Of a DNA stretch of 64,000 nt, positions 47,425 to 61,370 are shown piece by piece. This DNA comes from Cetorhinus maximus (lineage: Eukaryota), in NCBI RefSeq assembly GCF_964194155.1, contig NC_135899.1, forward strand, positions 81,840,001-81,904,000. Reading direction: 5' to 3'. Below the pieces are notes generated by a model. That model was not told where the DNA came from. It did not search any database and saw nothing but the letters and a program-made list of their open reading frames with translations. Position numbers and translations under genes: made by a program. Positions within the stretch are counted from its first letter, which is position 1. Every line of letters begins with the position of its first letter.

Positions 47425-48840
47425 CAACAACAACTTACTTTTATATAGTAGCTTTAATGTAGTAAAACATCCCAAGGTACCTCACAGAACAATTATCAAA
47501 TGTAATTTAACACTGAGCCATGTAAGGAGATACTAAGACAAGTGACAAAGGCACATCCTAAAGGAGGAAAGAGGGATGGAGAGGTTTAGGGAGAGAATTG
47601 CAGGGCTCAGGACCGAGGCAGTTGAAGACACAGCCGCCAATGTGAAAGCGGTGAAAATATTGGAGACACAAGAGAAAGAATGAAAGTTTTAGACCATAAG
47701 ACCATAAGACATAGGAGCAGAAATTAGGCCATTCGGCCCATCGAGTCTGCTCCGCCATTCAATCATGGCTGATAAGTTTCTCAACCCCATTCTCCCACCT
47801 TCTCCCCGTATTTAAAGGGCACTTTTCATGATCACTGGACTTCTCAGTGCGCTTTGCAACCAATGAAGAACTTTGTAGTCACTGTTGTAATGTAAGAAAG
47901 AGGTCAGATTTGGAGGGGCGCTGAGATCTTAGAGTACTGTTGGGTTGGAGGAGGTTACAGAGAAGGACAAGCAGCAAGGCCAATGCACGATTTGAAGACA
48001 AAGATGAGAATTTCAGAAGTGAGTCATTGGCAGTCCTGGAAACGAAGTGGGTCAGTGAGGGCAGGAGTAATGAGTGATCAGGACTTGGTGTGAATTAGGA
48101 TATAGGCAGCAGAGTTTTGGATGAGTTGAAGTTTATGGAAGATGCAAACTAGGTCAGCCGGGACTGTTTTGGAATAAAAGTCTACATGAGGGCACCATTG
48201 CTTAATGGGGGCAATGGTTAAAATTATGAATGTGCAAGGGGCCAGAATTTGAGCAGCTCAGATATCTGGGAAGACTGGAGGAGGTTACAATGACAGGGAG
48301 GGTCGAGGCGATGAAGGCATTTAAAAACAAGAGTGGGGATTTTAAAATCAGAGTGGTGCTCAACTGGGCGCCAGTGTGGGCCAGCGGGCCAGCCAGGTGA
48401 TGGGTGAACGGGGCTTGGTGAAAGTTAAGGTGCAGGCAACCGAGTTTTGGATGAGCTTAATTGTATGGAGGGTGGAAGATAGGAGGCCAGCCAGGAGTGT
48501 GCTGGAATAGTTAAGCTGAGAGGTAACAATGGCGTGGCTGAGGGTTGAAACACTAGAAAAGCCAAAGCTGGGGTAGTATCTGGCAATGTTATGAAGGTGG
48601 AAGTAGGCGGTCTTGGTGATTGTGTGGACACGTAGTCGGAAGCTCACCTTGGGATCAAATACCACACCGGGGTTATGAACACTCTGGTTCAGCCTCAGAC
48701 AGTTGTCAGGGAGAGGGATGGTTAGAGTTTGTGATGGGGGTCAAAGACTAATGGCTTTGGTCTTCCCAATACTCAGTTGGAGGGAATTTCTGCTCATCCA
48801 GTACTGGATGCTGGATAAGCAGTGTGACAATTTAGAGGCA
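47425..48840 (-). mobile_element. Cluster of L2 fragments with nested CR1 tail (47690-47790) and Deu-SINE tail (47810-47895)
   Basis: VVFDPKVSFR..VHTITKTAYFHLHNIAR...LSHAIVTSQLNYSSTLLAGL...IQNS (ORF 48360-48665); (accataag)2 CR1 tail. Confidence 0.85.
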
Positions 48841-50574
48841 ATAGTTAAAAACTAACAGAATGAAACTCTATACTTGTACAAGTTAATTTTCAGCTGCAGA
48901 GAGGTTGTGTCACCGTAATTAGGAACTACAACGCTTAAAAATTTGCTTCCACAGCAGTGGCACACGTCTTAACCTTTCCTGCTGAGTTTAGTATGTTTAA
49001 GGGTGGGGGTTTTCCATACCCGCCCGCCGCTGGGAACTTCCAGTCCCACCGCAAGTCAATGGACTTCTGGCTGGGGGGCCACCTCGCCCATGGCGGGTCC
49101 TGCCCACAATGGGGCCGGAAAGTCACGGTCTATATATCACTCAACTTCACACTATTCAATGCCAAACCTCTCAGCGAGATACCAGTATAATGCAGATTCA
49201 GGGGTAACAGGGCATCTCAGTCGCTAGTGTTTGCTGTCCAATTTGCAAAATCCATCCCATTCTCCCTATCTAAGTCCTGCAGATCGAGAAGTATGTCCTG
49301 AAAGATAATAAGCTGAAATACAGATAGTGCAACGTGTCAGTCGGCCTGGATGCCTCCTAAATCAAAATGGCAGCTTCTAAGCTCTGCATCCATCTCTTCC
49401 TGTCACCCAACAAAAAGCCATCCCATTGCCTTGTCCGGTTGTGTTTCAATAATTCTTAGTGAAATACATGTTGCGGGGCTGTCAATGAAATACATTAATC
49501 ACCTTGTCCAGGAAAAATCTTTGAGACATTGCAGTTGTGAAATGCAATGGCCAAAACCTTGGCAAAAGCAGCAAATGCAGTGAGATAAAACTCCAACACC
49601 CTGTAAAAGGGATACAATTCATGCTTTTCCATTAAGGCTACAAGACAATTACAAAACTATTGATTCGCAAACTGCAGAAATATACTCTGGTGCTTGCACA
49701 AATGGAACAGAAGCCACTTTTCAAGGTTGGGAAGGACAAAGAGTTTATTGCAATCATTTTTAATAATATTGAGTCTTTTTTTCATTGTCAGCTTTCTGTG
49801 CTGTGCAGGTTTGCCGCTAACTCTGCAATACAACAATCACTCTCTCCCCATTTGGGGCTAGAAGCAAATGCTAATGCTCCTGACTGTTATTTTACTGTTC
49901 CCTCATACTAGCTATCAATATTGGCGGTTGGGATTTTACAAGGGATGCAGTTCCTGTTTTTTTATCATATAAATTAATCCCAGCAATATTGTGGCAGTAA
50001 TTTTTCGTCCTCTGTCTCGCAATGAAATTTGGCCAGCTGTAGTATTTTTATTACCATTTTCAAAGGGGCGTAAAGTCGAAATTGGTTGCCGTGTTAAAAT
50101 CCAGTCTGTAACTCTGCTAGCAGTTATCTGACTTCCTGCTCTATGAATACTGAATTGGAAAATAATTATGCAGTGTAACACCAATTTTATTAAAACAAGG
50201 TTAATGCTGTTTTAAAACTGCTTCATATATACTGCCATTCAATCATTTTATTTTCTTAATTACTTCCAAGTAAACTTAATGACATTTCTTCAAAAAAAAT
50301 CACCAGGTTATTCCTGTGCCAAAGTATTTCCAGTGGCACTCAACCACAGCTTTAAGGGTTTGTATTAAAAAAACTGCAAAGTTTGAAGTTTCTCTTTAAA
50401 GATTAAGAGAATAAGATGTTGAACAATTCACAGAATTACTCATAATAGACAGCACAGAAACAGGTGATCCAACCCAACTAGTCTGTGGCAGTGTTTCACA
50501 CGAGTCTCTCTCATTTTACTCACCTTGCCTTAGCCTTTCTCTCATGTGCTCAACCACGTGTTTATGTCGCTGAC

Positions 50575-51690
50575 GCAAGTTAGGATAGGGCAGCAGAGTT
50601 TTGGATGACCTCAATTTTACCAAGGATGGAATGTGGAAGACTGGCTAGGAGTGCATTGGAATGGTGAAGCCTAGAGGTGACAAAGGCATGGAGGACATTT
50701 CAGCAGTGAATGAGCTGAGACAGAGGTGAAGTCGGGTGGTGTTCCGGAGGTGGAATTAGGCAGTCTTGGTGTTGGTGTGGGTATGTAATCTGAAGATAAA
50801 ATTGGGATCAAATATGTCCCCAAGATTGCAAACAGTCTGGTTCAGCCTCAAACAGGGGTGGGGGGCGGGCAGAAGCCAGTGCGAACCCAATCGGCACCCC
50901 CGATTGGGTGCGCGCCGCCATTTTACATGGGCGGGCCAATTAAGGCCCGCCCAGCATGACGCACACCCAGGAGCCCTGTGCACTCCCTGTGCGGGCAGGG
51001 GAGATTCCCTGAGTCAGGGCATGCGTGCGAAGGAGCACAGAAATCTCCCTGAGGCACGGAGATGCCTCAGGGAGATCAGTTTAAGTTATGGAATATTTAA
51101 TAAAGGTGAAAAAAATTTTAAGGACGTGTCCCCTCGTGTGAAACTATCACATGAACTGGGACACGTCCATTAATTTTTTCAACAATTTTTATTTAAATAA
51201 TAAGCCCTTCATGAAACCTCATCCCTCAAACCTGTGGATGAGGCTTCATGAAAAATGCGAAGGCCGCCTTGGGCTCTTCGCCTGCCCAACCGACCTTAAG
51301 GTTGGATGGGCAGCAACCTTAACAGCTTTAACTACTTTGCTAATGGCCCCAATAGGCCTTTGACAGTTCGGCGGGCACACAGCCGACTCGGCTGCACACC
51401 CGCTGAACTGACAATCTAAATGACGCGCGGTGACTTCGGGACGCCCGCCCGACGTCACCGCATGTCATTTTACACGTCGGCGAGTGGGCCCTGCCCCCAC
51501 GCTCACCCACAGGAAAATTCACCCCAGAGAGTTGCCATGGAGGGGGATGGAGTGGATGGCTAGGGATCGGAATTTTTAGCAAGGACCGAGGCCAGTGGCT
51601 TCGGGCTCCCCAACATTTAACCAAAGAAATTTGTCCTCATACAGTTCTAGATGCCAGACAAGCAGCCTGATAATTTAACAACAGTGCAGG
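50575..51690 (-). mobile_element. L2 fragment interrupted by a MITE
   Basis: LRLNQTVCNLGDIFDPNFIFRLHTHTNTKTA; resumes after 51527, similar to 48700-48840. Confidence 0.75.
50856..51524. mobile_element. Non-autonomous Harbinger-type MITE
   Basis: Co-linear with 60514-61186; right end aaaattcaccc; 3-bp TSD cag; CpG-rich. Confidence 0.85.
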
Positions 51691-52379
51691 AGTATAATTT
51701 CCTTTTGCCAACATCTAAGCTATTTACCTCAAACAAGATCCACATTCTCACTATTACTGAAAGTTTAATTATACCATTCAAGTTTCCCACTGCTTTACAG
51801 AACAATTCATGCAAGAGGCCAAAAAGTTCCCAGGTCACACCTTGCAATAAGTCAAGGGGACGCTGTTTTATAAGGACAGGAGCATTAAACCATGCATTGT
51901 GCAATGTGTTATTGGTTGTTGAGATTGGTTGGGATCTAGTCACTTCAGGACCACAAAGTTCATTTGACATAGGACAAAAATAGTCTTTAATCATTGATGA
52001 GGACACTGCAGATTGAAAAATGCTTCCAAGTTTCTAAGCTTCGGGTCAGAAGCAATAAGAGATAGAACTCTGATCAGACACTTTAAAATATATCTAATCC
52101 TAAAGAATTTGTTGGAAGATGCAATTTTTCACCGGTGGCCCTCAAAGATAAAATTCATGAGAGGTTAAAGTTCAAAAGAGGTTAACCACACCGCCCCCCC
52201 CAACCCCCCCTACCCCTGCCCCCCAACCCCCACCCTGTGCTGGTTTTCTTGGGATCATATCCTGCTGGAGCGGTAATGTTGAAGACCTTTTAAACAGTTA
52301 AAATGTAGCCTTCGCTAAAACTGACACCAGTCATTTACCAAGACACATGATGAAATGTTACAGTGAAACACAACATTAC

Positions 52380-52590
52380 CCCAGCGTCCAGGCCAGTATC
52401 GATCCCTCAATCAACTTCATGAAAGCAGATTATCTGGTCATTACCACGTCGATATTTGTGGGAATTTGCTGTGCACAAATTAGCTGCCGCGTTTCCTATT
52501 TTACAACACTTCAAAAAATACCTAAAGCGGCCGTAAAGTGCTTCGGGACATCGTGCGGCCCTGAAAAGGCGCTACATAAATGCAAGCTGT
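52380..52590 (+). mobile_element. Deu-domain SINE 3' half
   Basis: cagattatctggtcatt...tgctgtgcacaaattagctgccgcgtttcc...gaaaaggcgctacataaatgcaag. Confidence 0.8.
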
Positions 52591-54224
52591 TCTTTCTATC
52601 ATTTTGTCACTGTGGGTAGAGTAATGGCGCAGAGCCTTGCTTCAGCTGCTCCTGAGAAACACTCCCACAGGATGACGGTGCCCCTTGTAAATAACCAGTC
52701 TATGAAAGGTAAACATGGCTGTATCCGAAGAGTTTTAACTGAGTTCCCAGCTCTAACGATTACTGTTTTGGGTTTGCCTTTCGTCTACAATGCCCTTCTC
52801 CGCTTGTTGTGAACGTAGGCCCACATCCCATGGGCGATACAGGGGCCACGTGCAGCAGCAGGGTTCTGTCCTTCAGATTTAAATGGTGATTGACCTTCCA
52901 CAGCCTGGGAAGAAATAGGTAAAGAAATGGATATTAAGAAAGTGACACGCCGGTAATTATGATCCAATAACATCAGCCTTGATAATATTGATGTAAAGTG
53001 TCAACACTGTTTTGTAAAGGGATATATAATCCATCTGGAGGTGTATGCCAACATTGTGAGTGGAGAATGGAGAAAAAAGAATCACTGCCTTTCACATCTG
53101 GTGATGCCAGCTTGCCCGGTGCCCTGACATCATCTGTGTCTTTCAGTTATCGGGCTGCAGTGAGCTCAAGTTTCTTTTGGCTGGCACAGTGGGTTTTGCA
53201 CCCATATTGCGTAAAATGAAGCCTAACTGCCAGTGTCGTGTTTATCTTCCTTCCTGTGAGGTTACTAGCATTTAGAAATATGCCATGCAGAATGGGGCAT
53301 ATGTTGCAGAGAATGTGAAGAAGTGACAGTGTGGCGCGTCGCATCGCAATCAACTACTTAGTAAAATAGGAATTACTAGACAAAAAGGAGCCAAGATTGA
53401 GCCCATCTTCTACAGGTTGGCCAGCTCTTATGAAATAAAATAAGGAACACTTTGATCGTGGGACTTGGGGGAGAGAGAGAAGGCTCATCTTGAGAGGGGC
53501 TGGGGAGAGCGGCAAGTGCTGAGACCATAATAGCAGGGTTGGGGGTGTTTAAAATTAACTAAAACTTACGACTTATCTTGTTGAGTCACAGCATTATCAT
53601 CTCTCTGCTGGCTGACCCAATCAATTGCAATTCTGCTCGAATCATTCAGGCACACTCCCAGGATCAGTTTTCCACAGGCTGTCCTAGAAACATAGGACAG
53701 AAGACACCCCTTAGGGAGAGACTCGACAAACAGTCAAAATAGGGGACATAGCCTTAAAATATGGGACAGTTGGTCAGCCTGGTCTTCGACCAGCTGGTAG
53801 TTGCATGACACAATGATAAAGGCATTGTTGACTAATCACAACAATAAATCTCTATTAATATCCACAACTGGCTCAGATGGGATGTAAAGTGCACCCGTGA
53901 TGGAGCGCTTGGGAACCTGAGATCCAAAGTTCTTCCCCAGCAAACTCCATTTAACCTCAGGCCATGTTTCAAAATACTCATATACCTCACCTAGATCATA
54001 GCCGACACATTCGACGCCTGTCCTAGTTATAAGAGGTTCAGTTCTCTTTGACGTAATTATAGCATAGTATGGAATTTAAAAAAAATTATTATTGAACAGG
54101 CTTTCGGACAGACTAATGCTTCTGAGACATGGGTTCAAATCCCAGCCCGACAGCTGCAGGGTGAGTGTAGGAAGGTCTGATTGGGCTGGATAGCTCTTCA
54201 ACTGACATTGATAGGCTGAATTTT

Positions 54225-55262
54225 TCTTATTCATTCACAGGATGTGGGCATCGCTGGCCAGGCCAGCATTTATTGCCCATCACTCATTGCCCTTGAGAAG
54301 GTGGTGGTGAGCTGCCTTCTTGAACCGCTGCAGTCCATGTGGTGTAGGTACACCCACAGTGCTGTTAGGGAGGGAGTTCCAGGATTTTGACCCAGCAACA
54401 GTTAAGGAACAGCGATATATTTCCAAGTCAGGTTGGTGAGTGACTTGGAGGGGAACTTCCAGGTCGTGATGTTCCCATGTGTCTGCTGACCTTGTCCTTC
54501 TAGATAGTAGCGGTCGTGCATTTGGAAGGTGCTGTCTAAGCAGCCTTGGTGAGTTCCTGCAGTGCATCTTGTAGATGGTACACACTGCTGCCACTGTTTG
54601 TCAGTGGTGGAGGGAGTGAATGTATGTGGAAGGGGTGCCAATCAAGTGGGCTGCTTTGTCATGGATGGTGTCAAGCTTCTTGAGTGTTGTTGGAGCTGCA
54701 CTCATCCAGGTAAGTGGAGAGTATTCCATCGCACTCCTGACTTGTGCCTTATAGATGGTGAACAGGCTCTGGGGAGTCAGGAGGTGAGTGACTTGCTGCA
54801 GGGTTCCTAGTCTCTGACCTGCTCTTGTCGCCACAGTATTTATATGGCTGGTCCAGTTCAGCTTCTGGTCAATGGTTACCCCCAGGATGTTGATAGTGAA
54901 GGTAAAGGCATTGAATGTCAAGGAGCAATGGTTAGATTCTATCTTATTGGAGATGGTCATTGCTTGGCACTTATCTAGTGCAAATCTTACTTGCCACTTG
55001 TCAGCCCAAGCCTGGATATTTTCCAAGTGTTGCTGCATTTGGACATAGACTGTTTCAGTACCTGAGGAGTTGCGAATGGTGCTGAACATTGTACAATCAT
55101 CAGCGAACATCCCCACTTCTGACCTTATGATGGAAGGAAGGTCATTGAAGAAGCAGCTGAAGATGGTTGGGCCGAGGACACTATCCTAAGGAACATCCTG
55201 CAGTGATGTCCTGGAGCTGAGGTGATTGACCTTCAACAATGACAACCATCTTCCTTTGTGGC
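54225..55262 (-). mobile_element. Crack-like LINE 3' fragment
   Basis: GMFADDCTMF...WADKWQVRF...YKAQVRSAMEYSPL (ORF 54601-55116) and family tail. Confidence 0.92.
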
Positions 55263-55729
55263 CTCCTCATGAACCTTATGATTTCTAATGTTTAGGCATT
55301 AGAGTCCTACAATAAGTGGAGATTTATCTGAAGACTTTATCAAACGGTTTCTGGGTTTTGTCACTCTGGTAACCACAGGCTGCCTTTAAACGATGCAAAA
55401 AGAAGTAGTCAGCACGATCACACTGAAGGGAAAAATAAGAATAAATGATTGTTCCAGATTTCAGATTCCTTATTTCCTGTGGCCATGTGGAAGAAAAGTT
55501 AAGCTGGCACAGAGTCAATGGCTGCACTGTTAACTGGAGTGGGGGCCAACACTTTGCATTCAGCTGGATTAGGCTCAAGTTTAATGTGCTTGGTTATCAA
55601 GATGAGATCTGGAAGGATCCAAATTGTCTGGTTGACACATGCTACTGTGCAGTACAACTAAAAGTACTCTTGGGCTTTTGGGCGTGATTGTTGATGTTCA
55701 AAAATTTGGAGCTTGCTAGGAGCTGAAGA

Positions 55730-55880
55730 AAGAAAGGCCTTTCATAATCTCAGTACAGCCCAAACTCCTCACAGCCAACAAAGCACTTCTCTTCTGACGC
55801 CGAGTCACTGTTGTGATGTAAAAATATTGCAGCCAAATTGCACAAAGCCAGCTGCCACAATGTGAAAATGACCAGGTAAG
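55730..55880 (-). mobile_element. Deu-domain SINE 3' fragment
   Basis: gtcactgttgtgatgta...gcagccaaattgcaca...atgaccag. Confidence 0.65.
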
Positions 55881-58800
55881 CTGCAAACAAACGAACATAT
55901 GAAATAGGAGCAGAAGTAGGTCATTCGGCCCCTCAAGCCTGCTCTGTACGCCTTTACTCCTGCTCTTTCTTATATTCTTATCCTCCTACTTAAAGGAGCC
56001 TGACTGTTTATGGTTGTTTCAATTCCCTTTCCCTTCTTCTGGACTCTCCTGACATTGCACGGTTCCCCAAACCGCCACCCCGCCCCCGGCCACCGAACTG
56101 AACGAACAATTCACCCTCAGGCCTCCACAAATTCTGCCTCGATCCTTTTCACTGCAACAGGTGTGAAAACAGGTGAAAGGGGGTGTGAAAATGTGGCACC
56201 AGCTTTCGTTGGCACTCTCTTGTTGCTGCCTTTAGATCAGTAAATCCAGGCACAGTGCACTGGAGCCCGATAGCGTGGCTTTTAGAGAAACTGGTAATTC
56301 TTCATTACATCATGCACTGCAACAGAATCCACTTAGTACGATTGTCCTTGTGGCATGCTAATTTGATCAAATGAATTGGTTGATAACGCTAACTGAACAA
56401 CGAGGTAAAATTGTGAGTTACCGCATACTGTGCAGACCACAGAGGCAGGCAGCTGTTTGACTGACGTGTTTGTACATCACACTGTGACTGCACACCCTTA
56501 TCCTTTCTCTGTATTGTATTTCTTTGTATTTCTAGGTAGTAATGTTTCAGCAAAGTTACAGCAATTTAACTGTGATAAGCCAAAAGAGTTAGGCAATCCA
56601 CCTGGGGCTTTCCAGGTTCACTCAGGAGCTAATCACACAAAATGAATTAGACTTGGAAGGCTGATTATACTGCCAGGGCCTTTAAGTAGGAGCAAAATAC
56701 AATCTGTGTTTGTGAATATTATTGCAGTTGCATATCGATGGAATTTGCTGCCAATCACACAAAACGGCTTTTCACTGCGTTCGCAATAACCCTCAGCTTC
56801 AGGGGGAAGGCTATAACCCACAGAGCAGAATAAACCGGGAGATTTGAAATGCCTTTATTCTCTTTGGGCTTAAAGTCAGTTTCGGCCTGGCCTAATTTCC
56901 AGCTACGTGGAACGATGGAAAAATGTTCAGGAGGCGGCGAAGGCCTCTGGTGGTGTGATAACTTCTTGGGTTGGCTGATAACTTTTCCATGTTTATTTCT
57001 GCTGCAGTCTGTGCAGTCTGCAACGTTCCATTCTGCTGACACAAAGGAGCTATTCACATGCCCAGGACTATGTGTGAAGCCGGATATTCCCTTTGGGAAA
57101 AGGGAATTGTTACCATGATTTTTTCTACGCCAACCCGGAGAGGTTTGACAGCATCGAATGTCCGATGGCATCCAAACTAAAGATCAGCCACATTTTGTAA
57201 ACCTTATGAAGAATTCAGTTGTCTGTAGAACAAAAGAGACTAGAGCCATCTCGGTATGATTGAGCCAGACACCCCAATTTAGCTCAACTGATGATGCTGA
57301 CAGTATTAACCCAAGTGCAGCTGAGGGAAAAGGCCTTCAGAGTAAAACAGGTCCAATAGCTCCTGAATCTGCTGTTACAGGGTGTGGCTATCTAGCACAA
57401 AGCAACACAGTCCACCTTGATTTAAAACCACACAGTCTCTTTCTCACCTCTTTCACCGTAACGATTGTTTCAGGAGCCGTTGTTCAAAAGCAAATATACT
57501 GCAGATATTGGAAAGCGGAATTAAAAACGGATGTGAGGGACTAAGACCTCACCCTGTATTTTTTTATATAACACATACATATAGCTCATTGCTATCTCTA
57601 AAAATTTCAAACTGGACAAGGACCTAAAATGGCTGAATCTATGTCTGTCCATGACCTCGAACAAAAGAAGCTACCTGGCAGTATCGGGGAAACTCGCACA
57701 TTGTTCTCCCTGTGGAGACACTAGTGACCCCCTGTGGGCTGCTCAGACCAAATTCAAAGAGAGCTATACAAAGGCCGTCTGCATTTCATAACCCAGGCTG
57801 GCCAACAGGAGTCTGCCACGACAAAGGGCCCTGCAACCTTCCTTTCAATTCTTAATGAGACATTAAACAATCTCGGGGACCCAGACGAGGGATACACGCC
57901 CTTTGTTAAAGGTAATGTGGAGAGGTGGGAGTCATGTGACATGAGCCTCTGGTTGCAGAGCCAGTAATATTGTCTTGCTGAACTGCAAAGTCTCAGTCGG
58001 CCTTTTTACCATCTGACTAGCAGCCTCCCAGGCAAGGAGCCCTGGTCCAGGTTTGACACTTGACCCCATCTACACTGCTTCTGCTGAAAATTCTGTGCCA
58101 TCGCCTAGAAGACTGATTCATCTCTTCATGCCTATCTCAACATGTGAAGCCAACACCACCAGAAAAGTGAATTATCCAGCATTGGTCTTCAACCCGCTGA
58201 CCTCCGTGAAGAAATACTCCATTGGACTTTGATTCTGGACTCTGGAACACATGTGAAACAATAATTATTTTCTCTGTGGTCTCTGCACTGTAAATCTTTC
58301 TTTTCTCTATCCCTCTTTTACTGTGTGAATGCAAAGGAGGCAATGTTGCGACCCTCTTCCACATTTGAGTGTGTGCAAATAAACTAACCCTTTGAGTTCA
58401 TCTTATCTCAAGTTGCAGTAGGGCTGTTAATAGAAAGTTGGACCACTCTAAAACTGAGGGGTTAGGAAATACCCCACCGCTTATAAAGGGGGAAGCAAAT
58501 CAAAACACCTTTCTGTTTACGGATGGGTGGTAAGAGGAGGAAGTAGTGCTGTTTAAATTAACCTCTCTGTCTGTATCACAAAGAATGCTGGAAATACAGT
58601 TTTAAAAAAGAATGCATCTCTAACTTTCTCCAGTTCTGACAAAAGGTCAACAGCCTGAAAGGTTTACTCTGTTTCTCTGTCCACAGACACCCACAGTTTA
58701 ATTTAGTTGAATTGTTGAAGATTATAAATTCAACTATGTTGAGAGGGAAATTAATGCACTAATTAACCAAAAGACAAAAGCTAGATTGCTGAAGATTTGG

Positions 58801-59254
58801 ATACTGATTCTTAACAGCGATGTAGGTATGGCATGCAATTGTCACTTGGAATTCCCTTTAGGAAAGCAGAAAAAAGCTATTTTTACAACTGCCTTGTGAA
58901 AGTGGCATGAAACTATTACATTAATGGTGACACAGATGATTTGACGATGTTAAGAAAGGCACAGAAGTAATGAGCTTCAGTATCACCAGTCCTCAGAGCA
59001 CACATTACATAAGACGCTATATAAAAACATGCCAAATACAGCCCACATGCATAACATTTAATTACCTTCAGCCATCCCAGTTGGCAAAATTTCACTCACT
59101 GTATCGATCACAAGGAAAAAAATGGGAGCAATTTACCAGAACCCCAAATATCAAGCATTGTAGGCAGAGATGAACTGTCAATCGCTTTCAAAGTCACTAA
59201 CCACATCACATTATTGCAAATTTCTTTAAGTTCATGTCCTTGGGGGCTATAAAA

Positions 59255-61370
59255 GCACAAGAACACAAGAAATAGGAGCAGGAGTAGGCCATTCAGCCCA
59301 TCGAGCCTGCTCCATCATTCAATATGATCATGGCTGATCTTGGGCTCCAATTCCACTTTCCCACTCACTTCCCCCGTTCCTTATTTCCCTGCAACACCAA
59401 AAATCTGTCTATCCCAGCCTAAAATGTATTCAACAATGGAGCATCGACAACCCCCTGGGGTAGAGAATTCCAAAGATTCACAACCCTTTGAGTGAAGTAG
59501 TTTCTCCTCATCTCTATTCTAAATGATTGGCCCCTTGTCCTGAGACTGTGCCCCCTTGCTGTAGACTGCCCAACCAGTGGAAACAATCTCTCAGTGTCTA
59601 CCCTATCAAGCCCCGTCGCAATTTTGCTGGTTTCAATGATATTGCCTCTCAATCTTCTAAACTACAGAGAATCTAAGACCAATTTACTTCGCCTTTCATC
59701 ATTGGACAACCCCCTCATCCCATGGACAACCCCCTCATCCCATGGACTAGTCTATCGAACCTTGGTTGAACGGCCTCCAATGTAAGTGTATCCTTTCTTA
59801 AATGTGGAGACCAAAACTGCACACAGTATTCCAGATGTGGGCTCACCAAAACCCTGTACAATTGTAGCAAGGCTTCTTTATTCCTGCGCTCCAATCCTCT
59901 TGCAATAAAGGCCAACATGCAAATTGCCTTCCTAATTGCTTGCTGCACCTGCTAACTTCTTCTGTTCCTTGAATACCCAAGTCTCTTTGAACATCAGCAC
60001 AAGTTTCTCACCTTATAAAAAATATTCTGCTTTTCTATTCTTATGACCAAAGTGAATAACTTCACACTTCCCTACATTATGCTCCACCTGCCATCTTGTG
60101 GCCTGCTCACTTAACCTGTCTATATCTCTTTGCAGACTCTCTGTATCCTCCCCACAGCTTAAATTCCCACCTAGCTTGGTATTATCAGCAAAATTTGATA
60201 CATGACTCTCTGTCTCTTCATCTAAGTCATTAATGTAGATTGTAAATAGTTGAGTCCCTGGCACTGATCCTTGCAGCACTCCACTATTCACTCCCATCTT
60301 GAAAAGCCCCATTTATGCCAACTCTCTTCTTTCCTATCTGTTAACCAATCTTCTATCCATACAAATATACTACCCCCAACTCCATGACCCCTTACCTTGC
60401 CTCGTAACCTTTTGTGTGGCACCTTATCAAATGTCTTTTTGAAATCCAGGTACACTACATCTACTAGTTCTCCCTTTATCTATATTACAAGTCACATCCT
60501 CAAAAAACTCTAAGGGTAGAATTTTCCCCCTGTCGGAGGGGTTGTGCGGGAGCGGGCGCAGACCCAATCCGCGCCCCTGACTGGGTCCGCGCTGCCATTT
60601 TATGTGGGCAGGCTAATTAAGGCCCGCCCAGCATGATGTACACCTGGAAACACCGTGCGCTCCCTGTGCAGGCATTGCGGGGGTGGGGGGGAGTGGTGGG
60701 GGGCAGTTCCCTGAGTCGGGAAACAGCGCAGAAATCTCCTTGAGACGTGGAGGTGCTTGGTTTTAAAAGGTTAATAAAGTCGAGAAATATTTTTTATGAC
60801 ATGTCCCCTCGTTTTATGACATGGGCTGGGACACATGCATTAATTTTAATAAAAATTTGTGTGAAAATTTAAAATCATTCATGAAACCTCATCCCGCCCG
60901 TCGATGAGGTTCCACGAAAAATGCGAAGGCCGCCTGGGCTCTTTGCCTGCCCGACCGACCTTAAGGTTGGACGGGCAGCTCAGGTAATTGTTTAATTGCC
61001 TTTTTAAATGGCCTTAATATGCCTTTGACAGTTCGGCGAGCGTGGCTGAGCCAGCTGCCCGCCTGCCGAACTGAAAACCTAGATGATGCGCGGTGACATC
61101 GGGACACACACCCGACGTCATCTCGCATCATTTTACACCTTGGCAAGCGGGCCCCGCCCCCGCTCGCTGAACCGAAGATTCAGGCCTAAAAAATTTATCA
61201 AACAAGATTTCCCTTTAGTAAAACTATGTTGACTGATTGTAATCATACTATGCTTTTCTAAGTGCATTGTTAAGGCTTCCTTAATAATAGATTCGAACAT
61301 TTCCCCAACAACTGATGTTAGGCTAACTGGCCTGTGGTTCACTGTTTTCTCTCTCTCTCTCCTTTCCTTA
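59255..61370 (-). mobile_element. CR1 LINE ORF2 fragment (RT to 3' tail) interrupted by a MITE
   Basis: NHRPVSLTSVVG..QHSFTKGKSCLIN; SGVLQGSV.G.QLFTIYINDLD; NFADNTK; PHLEYCVQFWSPHLRKD; CR1 tail. Confidence 0.93.
60514..61186. mobile_element. Non-autonomous Harbinger-type MITE
   Basis: Ends gggtagaatttt / aagattcaggcc; TAA TSD at 60511-60513 and 61187-61189; same family as 50856-51524. Confidence 0.88.

Noticed and set aside
55324-55445. Minus-strand splice acceptor (tttattcttatttttcccttcag) followed by a short open frame
   Set aside because: The peptide CDRADYFFLHRL... is unrecognised, the other frames stop quickly, and there is no convincing donor or partner exon.
56755-57171. 138-aa ATG-initiated ORF
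   Set aside because: No recognisable domain or splice structure; the length is within chance for 64 kb in six frames.
58560-58690. Additional hammerhead-like motif (agtt-ctgacaa-aaggt..gcct-gaaa-ggtt)
   Set aside because: Old PLE pseudo-LTR relic with a mutated core; too decayed to call a ribozyme.
59703-59746. 20-bp tandem repeat tggacaaccccctcatccca x2, superficially CRISPR-like
   Set aside because: Simple local duplication inside a CR1, with no spacers, in a eukaryotic context.
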